Notes: a model not told the origin generated them from the letters alone. A stretch of 19,709 nucleotides of DNA from Microcoleaceae cyanobacterium (GCA_051652765.1 JBOFUV010000073.1:1-19709), one strand, 5' to 3'; shown: positions 6,094 to 17,201, counted from the stretch's first letter. Numbers and translations: made by a program.

Positions 6094-9000
6094 AGAACGC
6101 ATCCAACAACTTCAAGCCGAAGTTCAGGAGCGCCAGCAAACCGAATTTGCCCTGCGTCAGAGTCAGGCTCAGTTAGCAGCAGCCCAACGAATTTCCCATG
6201 TTGGCAGTTGGGAATTTGATCTGGCGAGTCAAACGATGACTTGGTCAGAGGAGTTGTATCGGATTTTGGGTTGCGATCCAGCGGAACAGGCTCCCAGTTA
6301 TGCTGCATGGCGGCAGCGGGTTCATCCTGAAGATTGGCCTGCCTTAGAAACTGCCATTGCTGAAACCATTGCCCAGGGTACGCCCTACGAAGTTGAACAT
6401 CGAGTCGTTCATCCTGATGGTAGTCTCCGCTATGTTCTAAGTCGGGGAGAGGCGATAGAGTATCGTGGCCGCCCAGTTTGGCGCTGGAGCAAGGATCAAG
6501 GGGGCTACGGCGAAGCTGAACAACTGAACACTCACAGACAAGGGCATCGTATCAGTTGTATTGGCACAGTTACTGACATTACCAAACAGAAGCAATCCGA
6601 ACAAATCCTCCAAAGTCTACTGGAAGGAACAGCTACAGTTACAGGTGCAGACTTCTTCCCGGTGTTAGCACAGCAGATCAGCCTAGCCTTGGAGGTTCCC
6701 CATGTCTTCATTTCTAGCCTAGAAGCGGATCAGTTTCAAACCCTCGGCGTTATGGTAAATCGTCAACTCTCTGCCGACATTAGATTCCCCGCCCAACACA
6801 CTCCTTGCCAGGAGGTGACCAAAAAAGGCTGGTTGTACTGCGAAAACCTGCAAACTCAATTCCCCCACGCTTCAAGTCTTGCTTGCCTGGATGCAAATAG
6901 TTATCTAGGGGTAGCCATGAAAAACACCGCAGGTAAGGCTATTGGGTTAGTCTGTATTCTGAATGATAGACCGATCCAAAACCCCGAACGATCCAAAGCC
7001 ATCCTGAAAATTTTTGCCGCTCGGGCATCCGCCGAAGTGGAGCGACTCCAAGCCCAGGAAGCCCTCCAACAACTCAACCAAGAACTAGAACATCAAGTGG
7101 CTGAGCGCACCCGTGACTTACTTCAGTCCAAAAACCAATTACAGGATCAGGAACAATTCCTTCGCAGTATTTTTGACAATATTGAACATCCAATCTTTGT
7201 GATTGATGTTCTAGAAGATGGCGATTTTCGGATTTCAGGCTGGAACCCTGCCAGCGAAAGAATTTGCAACATAGCTGCTGTGGATGTGATGGGCAAGTCA
7301 CCGATTGAGGCCATGGGTGTAGATGCAGGCAATGCAGTCTCTGACAATTACCGTCGCTGTATTGACCAAGGCAGTCCTCTAACCTACGAAGAATTTCTGT
7401 CATTCCCGTTCCCGATCGGGAATATATGGACACTAACCACGTTAAACCCCTTGAAAGACTCCGATGGCCGGATCTGTCAGATTATTGGAACAGCTTTAAA
7501 TATTACCGATCGCAAACAAACTGAAGCTCAACTGCAAGAGCGAGAGCAGTTTCTCAGCAGTATTTACGACGGAGTTGAATATCCCATTTTTGTGATTGAT
7601 GTCACTGATGACGGTGACTTCAGATATATCGGTTGGAATCAGACTGCCGAACAAGCCTCAGGCAAAACCAGCAAGGAGATTACAGGCAAGACCCCAGAGG
7701 AAATCTATGGGCAAGTCCAGGGAGCATCAGAACGCCAACGCTTAATGCAATGCCTAGAAACGGAATTGTATATGAGTTATGAGGAATGCCTCACGTTTGA
7801 TGATCAGCTCACTTGGTGGATTACCACGATTAATCCCCTGAAGGATAGTTTTGGCAAAATCTATCGGTTTGTGGGCACAGCCTTTGATATCACCGAACGC
7901 AAGCAGTCAGAAGCCGAACTTTTAAAGTTGGAAGCCTTAATTCAAAATTCTCAGGACTTTATTGGTCTTGCCTCTCTAGAGGGTAAACCTCTCTATATCA
8001 ACCAAGGCGGGCTAAAGCTGCTGGGATTGCAAAATCATCGGGCGATTACATCAATCATGGAATGTTTTCTGCCCCAAGATGTCCCCTATATGATGGATAC
8101 AGTCCTTCCTACTGTCATGCAAGAGGGTTTGTGGCGAGGAGAATATCGGTTCCGTAACTTTCAAACGGGAGAGGCCATTCCCGTAGACTACAACCTGTTT
8201 GTTTTGAAAGATCAGGAGACGGATGAACCCCTGTGCTTGGCGACGGTGACCCGTGATATTTCCCAACAACGACAGGCTCAACAAGCCCTGCGCGAGAGCG
8301 AACAGCGGTTTCGGACGCTGTTTGAAGATATGCCGATGATTGCTGTTCAGGGCTATGATATGCAGCGCCGGGTGATTTTCTGGAACCAAGCCAGCGAGCG
8401 CCTCTACGGTTATACGGCGACAGAAGCGATGGGGCGCACCTTGGAAGACTTGATCATTCCTCCAGACCTGCGAGAATCCGTGATTTCCTGGGTGGACATC
8501 TGGATTCAAGGGGGGCCAGCTATTCCCCCTGGAGAACTAAACCTGCTGCACAAGGACGGCTCAAGTGTGAATGTTTACTCTAGCCATGTCGTTTTGCAGA
8601 ACTTGAACAATGAACTAGAAATGTACTGTGTTGATATTGATCTCCGGGAACGCAAGCAAGCGGAACACGCCATCCGGGAAAGCGAGGAACGGTTCCGCCA
8701 ACTGGCTGGCAATATTGACGAAATCTTCTGGATGCTAGATGTCACTACTCGGCAAATCCTCTATGTCAGCCCCGGCTATGAAAAGATTTGGCGGCGTTCT
8801 TGTCAGTCCCTTTATCAGGATTCCCAAAGCTGGCTAGAGCCGATTCATCCCGATGATCGGGAGCAATTAATTTTAGGATTGTCCCGCCGACTTCGGCCCG
8901 GATATGAGGTAGAGTATCGACTCCTACATCCCAATGGGGATATGCGTTGGGTTCGCGATCGCGCCTTCCCGATCTGCAATGAGCAAGGGCAAGTTTACCG

Positions 9001-10915
9001 CATTGCTGGAGTTGCAGAAGATATTACTGAACGCAAACGGTTAGCCGAGGAACAAGATCGCCTGGTTACCATTTTTGAAGCCTCCTCGGACTTTGTGGGA
9101 ATTACTGAACCCTCAGGTCGGGTTGTTTGGGTGAATCGTCATGGTAAACTATTGTCTGGTTTACATCCCAGCACAGACGTTACCTCCCTTCAGATATCTG
9201 ATTTTCATCCGGATTGGGCTGCAGCGATCCTGATCAATCAAGGATTGCCAACGGCCATAGAGAAAGGTCTGTGGATCGGGGAAACGGCAATCAGCGATGC
9301 CTCTGGGGCTGAAATTCCTGTTTCTCAGTTGATCATCGCCCACAAGAATTCCTATGATCAGGTCGAATACTTCTCCACCATTGCCCGTGACATCCGAGAT
9401 CTAAAGCAAGCTGAAGCCGACCTGCGACGCGCCAACACCGATCTGGAGCAGCGGGTTCTGGAGCGAACCGCCGAACTCCAGGTGGCTAAGGAAGAGGCTG
9501 AAACTGCCAATCGTGCCAAGAGCGAGTTCCTGGCAAACATGAGCCATGAACTAAGAACTCCCCTCAATGGCATTCTCGGTTACGCTCAAATTCTGCAACA
9601 TTCTCCACTTTCATCCGAGGACAAAATGGGGGTTGATGTCATTCGCCAGTGCGGTTCCCACCTGTTAACCCTGATCAATGACATTCTGGATTTATCAAAA
9701 ATCGAAGCCCAATGCCTGGAGTTATGCCCCCGAGAATTCCATTTCCCAGATTTTCTGCGCGGTGTGGCCGACATTTGTCGCGTGAAAGCAGATCAGAAAC
9801 GGATTCGGTTTGACTATGATTTTGATAGTAGCCTTCCGATGGGGGTTCAGGCTGATGACAAACGCCTGCGACAGGTGTTGTTAAACCTCTTGAGCAATGC
9901 AATTAAGTTTACCAGGGAGGGAAGCGTGACATTTATCGTTCAGCTTCAGGCCAGAGACATCAAGCATTCTACCTATCGCCTCAGATTTGCCGTTCAGGAT
10001 ACGGGAGTTGGCCTAGAACCTGATCAAATCGAAAAAATCTTCCTGCCGTTTGAACAGGTTGGCGATCTCTCAAACCGGTCTGAAGGCACTGGGTTAGGAC
10101 TGACGATTACTCAAAAAATTCTGGGCTTGATGGGAACTGAACTGGACGTTGAGAGCACTTTTGGTCAGGGCAGCACTTTTTCCTTTGAGGTGGATCTGCT
10201 GGTTTTAACTGGCGATCAACGACTGCTAGCCAGTAACTCCAAAACGAGGATAGGCTACACCGGAGAGCGGCACAGCATTCTAGTAGTTGATGACAGATCC
10301 GAAAATCGTTCGTTCCTGCTACATTTACTCCAGTCGTTAGGCTTTGAGGTCGTAGAGGCAGAGAATGGTCAAACAGGGTTAGAGCAAGCTAAGGCTACAA
10401 AAATTGACCTGATTATCACTGATATTCTGATGCCGATCATGGATGGCTGGGAGATGACTCGCCAACTCCGAGATCCGTCTAGTTCCTGGGTAAAAACTCA
10501 TCCAGAATTGCAGTCCATTCCCGTGATTGCTGCCTCTGTATCTGTTTCAGAAGCTGAATATCAAGAAAGTTATGCTGCAGGTTGTAACGAGTTTTTACCC
10601 AAACCCATTAATACAGAACTGTTGCTCCTATTGTTAGAGCAATATCTCCAATTAGAGTGGATTTATTCTGAGGCAGGTTCAGAAGAAATATCAAGTTCGG
10701 CTGACGAATCGACGTTGATTCCGCCATCTTATGAAGATTTGCAACTTCTGGATGATTTAGTGAAAAAAGGTAGAATTACATTAATTATCAGTCATGCTGA
10801 GAACCTGGCAGAATTGGACAGTCAGTTTGCTCCATTCGCTCAAAAGATTATCCAATTCGCTCGAGAGTTTGAACTCGATAATCTACAGAAACTGATAGAG
10901 GAGTACCTCCATTGA
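6083..10915 (+). CDS. Multi-sensor hybrid histidine kinase: PAS-GAF-6xPAS-HisKA-HATPase-REC plus C-terminal helical domain (1610 aa, cytoplasmic)
   Basis: Seven PAS/PAC units end in DIT.RK-type motifs. GAF contains SYLGVAM...IGLVCIL. H-box FLANMSHELRTPL, N-box LLNLLSNAIKFT, G-boxes VQDTGVG and GTGLGL. REC has ILVVDD, ITDILMP and FLPKP. No transmembrane segment seen. Confidence 0.95.
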   Translation: MGVEERIQQLQAEVQERQQTEFALRQSQAQLAAAQRISHVGSWEFDLASQTMTWSEELYRILGCDPAEQAPSYAAWRQRVHPEDWPALETAIAETIAQGTPYEVEHRVVHPDGSLRYVLSRGEAIEYRGRPVWRWSKDQGGYGEAEQLNTHRQGHRISCIGTVTDITKQKQSEQILQSLLEGTATVTGADFFPVLAQQISLALEVPHVFISSLEADQFQTLGVMVNRQLSADIRFPAQHTPCQEVTKKGWLYCENLQTQFPHASSLACLDANSYLGVAMKNTAGKAIGLVCILNDRPIQNPERSKAILKIFAARASAEVERLQAQEALQQLNQELEHQVAERTRDLLQSKNQLQDQEQFLRSIFDNIEHPIFVIDVLEDGDFRISGWNPASERICNIAAVDVMGKSPIEAMGVDAGNAVSDNYRRCIDQGSPLTYEEFLSFPFPIGNIWTLTTLNPLKDSDGRICQIIGTALNITDRKQTEAQLQEREQFLSSIYDGVEYPIFVIDVTDDGDFRYIGWNQTAEQASGKTSKEITGKTPEEIYGQVQGASERQRLMQCLETELYMSYEECLTFDDQLTWWITTINPLKDSFGKIYRFVGTAFDITERKQSEAELLKLEALIQNSQDFIGLASLEGKPLYINQGGLKLLGLQNHRAITSIMECFLPQDVPYMMDTVLPTVMQEGLWRGEYRFRNFQTGEAIPVDYNLFVLKDQETDEPLCLATVTRDISQQRQAQQALRESEQRFRTLFEDMPMIAVQGYDMQRRVIFWNQASERLYGYTATEAMGRTLEDLIIPPDLRESVISWVDIWIQGGPAIPPGELNLLHKDGSSVNVYSSHVVLQNLNNELEMYCVDIDLRERKQAEHAIRESEERFRQLAGNIDEIFWMLDVTTRQILYVSPGYEKIWRRSCQSLYQDSQSWLEPIHPDDREQLILGLSRRLRPGYEVEYRLLHPNGDMRWVRDRAFPICNEQGQVYRIAGVAEDITERKRLAEEQDRLVTIFEASSDFVGITEPSGRVVWVNRHGKLLSGLHPSTDVTSLQISDFHPDWAAAILINQGLPTAIEKGLWIGETAISDASGAEIPVSQLIIAHKNSYDQVEYFSTIARDIRDLKQAEADLRRANTDLEQRVLERTAELQVAKEEAETANRAKSEFLANMSHELRTPLNGILGYAQILQHSPLSSEDKMGVDVIRQCGSHLLTLINDILDLSKIEAQCLELCPREFHFPDFLRGVADICRVKADQKRIRFDYDFDSSLPMGVQADDKRLRQVLLNLLSNAIKFTREGSVTFIVQLQARDIKHSTYRLRFAVQDTGVGLEPDQIEKIFLPFEQVGDLSNRSEGTGLGLTITQKILGLMGTELDVESTFGQGSTFSFEVDLLVLTGDQRLLASNSKTRIGYTGERHSILVVDDRSENRSFLLHLLQSLGFEVVEAENGQTGLEQAKATKIDLIITDILMPIMDGWEMTRQLRDPSSSWVKTHPELQSIPVIAASVSVSEAEYQESYAAGCNEFLPKPINTELLLLLLEQYLQLEWIYSEAGSEEISSSADESTLIPPSYEDLQLLDDLVKKGRITLIISHAENLAELDSQFAPFAQKIIQFAREFELDNLQKLIEEYLH

Positions 10916-11062
10916 CCTGAAAATTCTAAGTTTTGGAATTTAAGTTTTAAGTTTCAAATTTCAATCGCTAAGATGAATTTCTAGTCTAGCATTTTCCATT
11001 CTCCTAGCAACTTTCGCCTCATTTTGTTTACGCTTAAAGTTTAGATTACGCATTTAATTGCC

Positions 11063-12349
11063 ATGACTACTCCAAGAAACACTATTATTGGGTCATCTTT
11101 TGTTTTGAAAGGTCAACATGTTTTAATTGTTGATGATACTCCCACCAATTTAAAAGTTCTGTCTAAAACACTAACGAATGCTGGCATAGAAGTTACCGTG
11201 GCAATCAATGGTGAGATGGCTGTTCAACAGGTTGAGTATGATCCACCCGAACTCATTTTATTAGATGTGTTAATGCCTGGAATTAATGGATTTGAAACCT
11301 GTAGAAAACTTAAATCAAATCCTTCAACTAGTAATGTTCCAGTCATTTTTATGACAGCCTTGTCAGAAGCAGTTGACAAAGTAAAGGGATTATCAATAGG
11401 TGCAGTTGACTACATTACAAAGCCCTTTGAGGAAGAGGAAGTTCTAGCGCGGATCAAGGTTCATTTGCAGTTGAGAGGGTTAACAAAAATGCTAGAGAAG
11501 CAAAATCAAGAGTTAGGGCAAGTTGTTCAACAGTTAAAAACAGTTCAACAGCAAATGATTACTCAAGAGAAGCTGGCAACAATCGGAACTCTAACGGCTG
11601 GGGTAGCCCATGAACTTAGAAATCCCCTAAATTTCGTCAACAACTATGCAGAAAGTTCAATCGAAATGAGTGATGAACTTTTAGAAGAACTAGAAAATCA
11701 AGCTAAAAATATTGACCCTAATTCCCTAGACTATATGAAAGAAATTCTAGCTGATCTACGCCAAAACTCGGTCACAATCCAACAGAATGGACAACGGGCC
11801 GAGAATGTAATTCAAAATATGTTAATGCAAGCTCGAACTGATAGTGTTTCTCCACAACTCACAGACCTCAATACGTTACTTGATCAAGCGGTAAAACTCG
11901 CTTACAAAAGTCGCAGAGGTCGAGGTGATGATCTCAGACTTTCAATTTCGACAGATTACGATAAAACCATTCAACGCTTTAAAGTAATTCCTTCTGATTT
12001 AAGTCGCGCATTTATTAATTTAGTGGATAATGCCTGTTATGCGCTTCAACAAAAGCAAGCACAAAAACGTCAATCTGGTGAAGACTTTATCGCCCAATTA
12101 TTGATTCAGACTCGTAATCAATCAGATGCTGTTGAAATCCGAATTCGGGATAACGGCCCTGGGATTTCAGAAAATATCAGAGAAAAGATTTTACTGCCTT
12201 TCTTTACGACTAAACCTTCTGGTGAAGGAACAGGGTTAGGCTTGTCTATCACTCAAGATATTATCGTCGGGCAACATGGAGGAACCTTGAATGTTGAAAC
12301 TGAAATAGGAAACTATACTGAATTTATTATTAGATTACCTAAAAGCTAA
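11063..12349 (+). CDS. REC-HisKA-HATPase hybrid response regulator/histidine kinase
   Basis: [14 protein letters not shown] and DYITKPF; H-box [14 protein letters not shown]-box [15 protein letters not shown] and [14 protein letters not shown]. Confidence 0.95.
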   Translation: MTTPRNTIIGSSFVLKGQHVLIVDDTPTNLKVLSKTLTNAGIEVTVAINGEMAVQQVEYDPPELILLDVLMPGINGFETCRKLKSNPSTSNVPVIFMTALSEAVDKVKGLSIGAVDYITKPFEEEEVLARIKVHLQLRGLTKMLEKQNQELGQVVQQLKTVQQQMITQEKLATIGTLTAGVAHELRNPLNFVNNYAESSIEMSDELLEELENQAKNIDPNSLDYMKEILADLRQNSVTIQQNGQRAENVIQNMLMQARTDSVSPQLTDLNTLLDQAVKLAYKSRRGRGDDLRLSISTDYDKTIQRFKVIPSDLSRAFINLVDNACYALQQKQAQKRQSGEDFIAQLLIQTRNQSDAVEIRIRDNGPGISENIREKILLPFFTTKPSGEGTGLGLSITQDIIVGQHGGTLNVETEIGNYTEFIIRLPKS

Positions 12350-12465
12350 ATCACTCCAGGGTTTTATTTTAAATTAATCAGTTCTGATGTCCATAACTTT
12401 ATGATGGACTTAACGATCAAGATGCTTTAGAAAAGTTAAAAACTGATCTCTAAGTTTCCAACTCA

Positions 12466-12495
12466 ACCGATTGATACCGATTGATATCGATTGAT
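12466..12495. repeat. 10-bp tandem repeat x3 (AYCGATTGAT)
   Basis: accgattgat accgattgat atcgattgat. Confidence 0.85.
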
Positions 12496-12623
12496 TTTGA
12501 AAAACCCATTCAAACTCTTCAACTCATCCTTTCTCTAGCTGAGGTGAACTAATTCAGACCTGAGTCAGTAGGTGGAATCAATCCATTTGAACATAAAGCC
12601 TTTACCTAACCCCAGCGAGCACT

Positions 12624-12725
12624 TCCCCCTTACCAAAGGGGACTACAAGGGATCTTCTACTGAATCATGTCTACATATTGATCACTCTTCAGGCAAGGGC
12701 AAAGTCTACCTTGCCCCTACCTGAA
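12624..12725. repeat. Two REP-like palindromic elements between convergent genes; possible terminators
   Basis: TCCCCCTT-ACCA-AAGGGGACTACAAGGGATC at 12624-12654, and the imperfect inverted repeat TTCAGGCAAGGGCAA...TTGCCCCTACCTGAA at 12688-12725. Both resemble dispersed palindromic repeats common in cyanobacterial intergenic DNA. Confidence 0.55.
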
Positions 12726-12768
12726 ATCTTTCTTCAGAAGACCCTAGCCAAAAAAATAGGATTGGAAA

Positions 12769-14486
<1,718 letters not shown>

Positions 14487-14732
14487 CTACAACTGACCTG
14501 AGGTCATTTTTAGAAACTTTTCATCAACTCTTCTAAGAAGCAATCAACCCTTAATTATATCACTAACCAGCTAGGGTTTATGCAAGTATTTGTATCATAA
14601 GGTTACGAAAAGTGATTTCATTTGATCGTTTGAGGCAAGCTAGCTTAAACTTGGGTCAATTCTGAAAGAGTCGCCGTTATGCATTTAGTGCATTTCTAGC
14701 TGAAGATTTTCAGATTGGGTTTTCTATCTAAT

Positions 14733-14760
14733 TCTAATAGTTCTAATCTAATAGTTCTAA
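14733..14760. repeat. 14-bp perfect tandem repeat x2 (TCTAATAGTTCTAA)
   Basis: Read directly from the sequence; ends 6 nt before ATG 14767. Confidence 0.85.
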
Positions 14761-14766
14761 CCACTT

Positions 14767-15204
14767 ATGTTATCTACCTCTGAACTCGCGATTGGCTTTT
14801 TACCGTTAGTGTCGAATATTCTAGCTCAGGCCGATCCTGAAGTTGTAGTTTCAATCAATGAACCACAAATTAGCTCTGGTCAAATTTTTAGTGGGTTGCT
14901 AAGTTACTTAATTAGCGCTTTCTTCTGCCAAAAAATCTTTGCAAAATGTGGCGTTGAAAATGCTTGGTTTGCTTGGATTCCTTTCCTGGGAACCTATGCA
15001 AACTTCAAAGCTGGAGATGAACCCAAGCCAGTGTTGTGGACTATTCTAGCTTTTATTCCACTGATTAATATTGTGGCATTTATCTGGCTGATCAGAGCTT
15101 GGATTCGTATTTTTAAGAAACTTGGAAAATCTCCCTGGCTACTGCTAACTTGGCTGATTCCTTTTGGAGCAATTATCTGCCTGGGATATTTAGCTTTTAC
15201 CTAA
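14767..15204 (+). CDS. Membrane protein, DUF5684-like
   Basis: KIFAKCGVENAWFAWIPFLGTY...LAFIPLINIV...KKLGKSPWLLL...GYLAF shows the repeated K.FxK.G..W..IP pattern with four hydrophobic segments. Confidence 0.75.
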   Translation: MLSTSELAIGFLPLVSNILAQADPEVVVSINEPQISSGQIFSGLLSYLISAFFCQKIFAKCGVENAWFAWIPFLGTYANFKAGDEPKPVLWTILAFIPLINIVAFIWLIRAWIRIFKKLGKSPWLLLTWLIPFGAIICLGYLAFT

Positions 15205-15235
15205 GTTCTTTTACCTAAATTCTTTTACCTAAATT
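15194..15235. repeat. 14-bp tandem repeat x3 including the stop codon of the DUF5684-like gene
   Basis: cttttacctaagtt cttttacctaaatt cttttacctaaatt. Confidence 0.9.
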
Positions 15236-15246
15236 CTTGAATCAAT

Positions 15247-15441
15247 ATGCTCAATTTAAAGCATCGGAAAGTAATTTTCCTGGTTCTGATTGCTCTCCTC
15301 GCGGGAGGATCAATGGCGGTATACTCAGAATCTCAAGCCAACTTTTTGTTCAAGACAGTGGAGCTAGTGTTGTTTCAACAATTTGCCACTGTTGTGCTGT
15401 ATCTGACCTGTTTTGCCCCGGATCTGTTGCGCTCTCGATGA
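15247..15441 (+). CDS. Small hypothetical membrane protein (64 aa, two predicted TM helices)
   Basis: MLNLKHRK is followed by the hydrophobic segments VIFLVLIALLAGGSMAVY and FLFKTVELVLFQQFATVVLYLTCF. ATG start; co-oriented with the upstream gene. Confidence 0.6.
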   Translation: MLNLKHRKVIFLVLIALLAGGSMAVYSESQANFLFKTVELVLFQQFATVVLYLTCFAPDLLRSR

Positions 15442-15451
15442 TCAATTCTTA

Positions 15452-15519
15452 AAAGATTTTCTGAAAATTTTCTGAAAGTTTTTGGGAAAACTTTGGGAAA
15501 ACTTTAGCAAAACTTTGGG
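15452..15519. repeat. Degenerate ~11-bp tandem array, about six copies
   Basis: aaagattttctg aaaattttctg aaagtttttggg aaaactttggg aaaactttagc aaaactttggg. Confidence 0.75.
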
Positions 15520-15573
15520 AGGAAGCTCTCCCGTTCAACCAGAATTACAGTGATAGTTCTGGCTGAGTATAAC

Positions 15574-15620
15574 CGTAACGTCCGACCTTAGGAAGCTTGA
15601 TTCTAAGGTCGGACGTTACG
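15574..15620. terminator. Perfect 18-bp inverted repeat between convergent genes (likely terminator or RNA-stabilising hairpin)
   Basis: CGTAACGTCCGACCTTAG, an 11-nt loop, then CTAAGGTCGGACGTTACG. No clear U-tract. Confidence 0.6.
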
Positions 15621-15749
15621 ATTCTCTGTTTGGGCTGTTCACTCTTTTACTGGATTGGAATTCCCTCTCTCAACTGGGGTTTAACTTGTTCTGCCCTGGT
15701 TGAAGTTAGAACGCAGCTTTCGCTTGCCACTGATCTGCCCCTGTTCTAG

Positions 15750-16529
15750 TTAGCCTTTTTTCTTCCCCTTAGCATTGATCCCACTTGAGGTTTCAGCAGG
15801 TTCAGTCTGTTCATCAGGCCCTGAACCGCTACTGGGAAGCTCTAAACAATACCCAGCGCCGTAAACCGTTTTGATATACCGAGGATGGCGAGGATCGGGC
15901 TCCATCTTTGTTCTGAGGTGGCGAATATGAACCCGAATTGTCTCTATATCATCATCCGGATCATAGCCCCAGACTTCCTTGAGAATTTCACTAGGAGCAA
16001 CGGTTTGACCATGACGTTGCAACAAACAGTGAAGCAGTTCAAATTCCAGATGGGTGAGCTTGACAGTCTTTTCAAACCAGATCGCCTCAAACCGCTCAGG
16101 CACTAGAGTCAGAACCCCATAGTTCAAAATTTCGCTGTGCTTTGCCGCTTGGGGAATCCGATCGGTACGCCGTAGCAATGCCCGTACCCGCGCCAGCATT
16201 TCTTCAAGCTCAAAGGGCTTTGTCAGGTAGTCGTCTGCCCCCGCATTGAACCCTTCAACTTTATTTTGAGTTTGCCCCAACGCAGTCAACATCAGAACGG
16301 GAATGTCAGCCGTGCGTTCGTCACGACGGAGCCGTTGACAGACCGTAAATCCATCAACTTTAGGGAGCATCAAGTCCAGAATGATCAGATCTGGCAACAA
16401 TTGCAAAGCCAACGCTTGTCCTTTGATGCCATCCTCAGCTTGGATGACTTCATAGCCCGCCATCTCTAAGTTGATTGCTACTAACTCTGCGATCGCAGGA
16501 TCATCATCTATCACCAAAATTCGAGGCAT
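15750..16529 (-). CDS. rpaA: Circadian output response regulator RpaA (OmpR family)
   Basis: [10 protein letters not shown]...[43 protein letters not shown]...[19 protein letters not shown]...[20 protein letters not shown]...[17 protein letters not shown] is diagnostic of RpaA. Alternative starts are 16532 and 16535. Confidence 0.95.
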   Translation of the reverse strand: MPRILVIDDDPAIAELVAINLEMAGYEVIQAEDGIKGQALALQLLPDLIILDLMLPKVDGFTVCQRLRRDERTADIPVLMLTALGQTQNKVEGFNAGADDYLTKPFELEEMLARVRALLRRTDRIPQAAKHSEILNYGVLTLVPERFEAIWFEKTVKLTHLEFELLHCLLQRHGQTVAPSEILKEVWGYDPDDDIETIRVHIRHLRTKMEPDPRHPRYIKTVYGAGYCLELPSSGSGPDEQTEPAETSSGINAKGKKKG

Positions 16530-16877
16530 CATCAATTACTCAGCTGCTTTAAGGGTCAAAAACAGTCTCCTTCTTGGCTCAGTCTAGTCCTCAACCATTT
16601 AGTTCATCACTGTTAGAAAACTGACTTGGAGCAATCTCAATGGGTGATAAATCTTGTAAACCAAATTTTAGAAAATGAATTTTAAAATCGAATTCTAAAA
16701 AAATGGTAGGAACTATGTCGTCTGAGTAAAGCTTACTGTATAGATTATAAGCGCAATTAGCAAGAGGCTAAGAATTAGCAGTCCTCAATCCAGAGCTTGA
16801 CGCTGAGTCAAATCAACAAGCAACCCTCCCAAGGTCATCTGTTAAGGAAATAGGGGAAATAGAAGTCATACCCTAGG

Positions 16878-17201
16878 TTAGTCCAAACAAGACCGAGCCG
16901 GGAGGAGCGTGCTAAAACGACGATATTCTGCTAGGTATTCTTCTAAGGCAACAAACTGGCTCAGGTTCAGGCGATAGTAAACCCAGCGGCTCTCTTGGCG
17001 ACCTTGAATCAGACCGACATCTCTAAGGGTTTTGAGATGGAACGAGAGCTTAGACTGATTGATGTCTAACTTTTCACACAATTCACAAACACAAAGTTCC
17101 TGATGCCGCAAGAGTTCTAAAACACGAACCCGGATTGGATCAGCAAGGGCATGAAAGCTCGAAGCAATTTCTATGGGTGAGTTTGAAGAGTTGGTAATCA
17201 T
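16878..17201 (-). CDS. ArsR/SmtB-family transcriptional regulator
   Basis: FHALADPIR..VLELL, ELCVCELC (alpha3 metal site), QSKLSFHLK.LR and WVYYRL. No ars genes are adjacent. Confidence 0.92.
   Translation of the reverse strand: MITNSSNSPIEIASSFHALADPIRVRVLELLRHQELCVCELCEKLDINQSKLSFHLKTLRDVGLIQGRQESRWVYYRLNLSQFVALEEYLAEYRRFSTLLPARSCLD

Noticed and set aside
6075..6095. Programmed +1 frameshift joining the kinase stub to the sensor kinase
   Set aside because: No slippery run or stimulatory structure is visible, and the fusion would carry only a non-catalytic kinase N-lobe. A deletion explains it better.
6081..9902. Minus-strand ORFs within the large kinase gene
   Set aside because: They are antisense shadows of a well-supported gene and have no motifs.
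14592..14606. NtcA box between pgm and the DUF5684-like gene
   Set aside because: The spacer is 9 nt (GTAtcataaggtTAC).
15452..15519. CRISPR array
   Set aside because: Units are about 11 nt and directly abutting, with no unique spacers and no cas genes. The same holds for the other tandem repeats.
16878..17201. Arsenic-resistance operon
   Set aside because: No arsB/acr3/arsC/arsH gene is adjacent; the regulator is orphan here.
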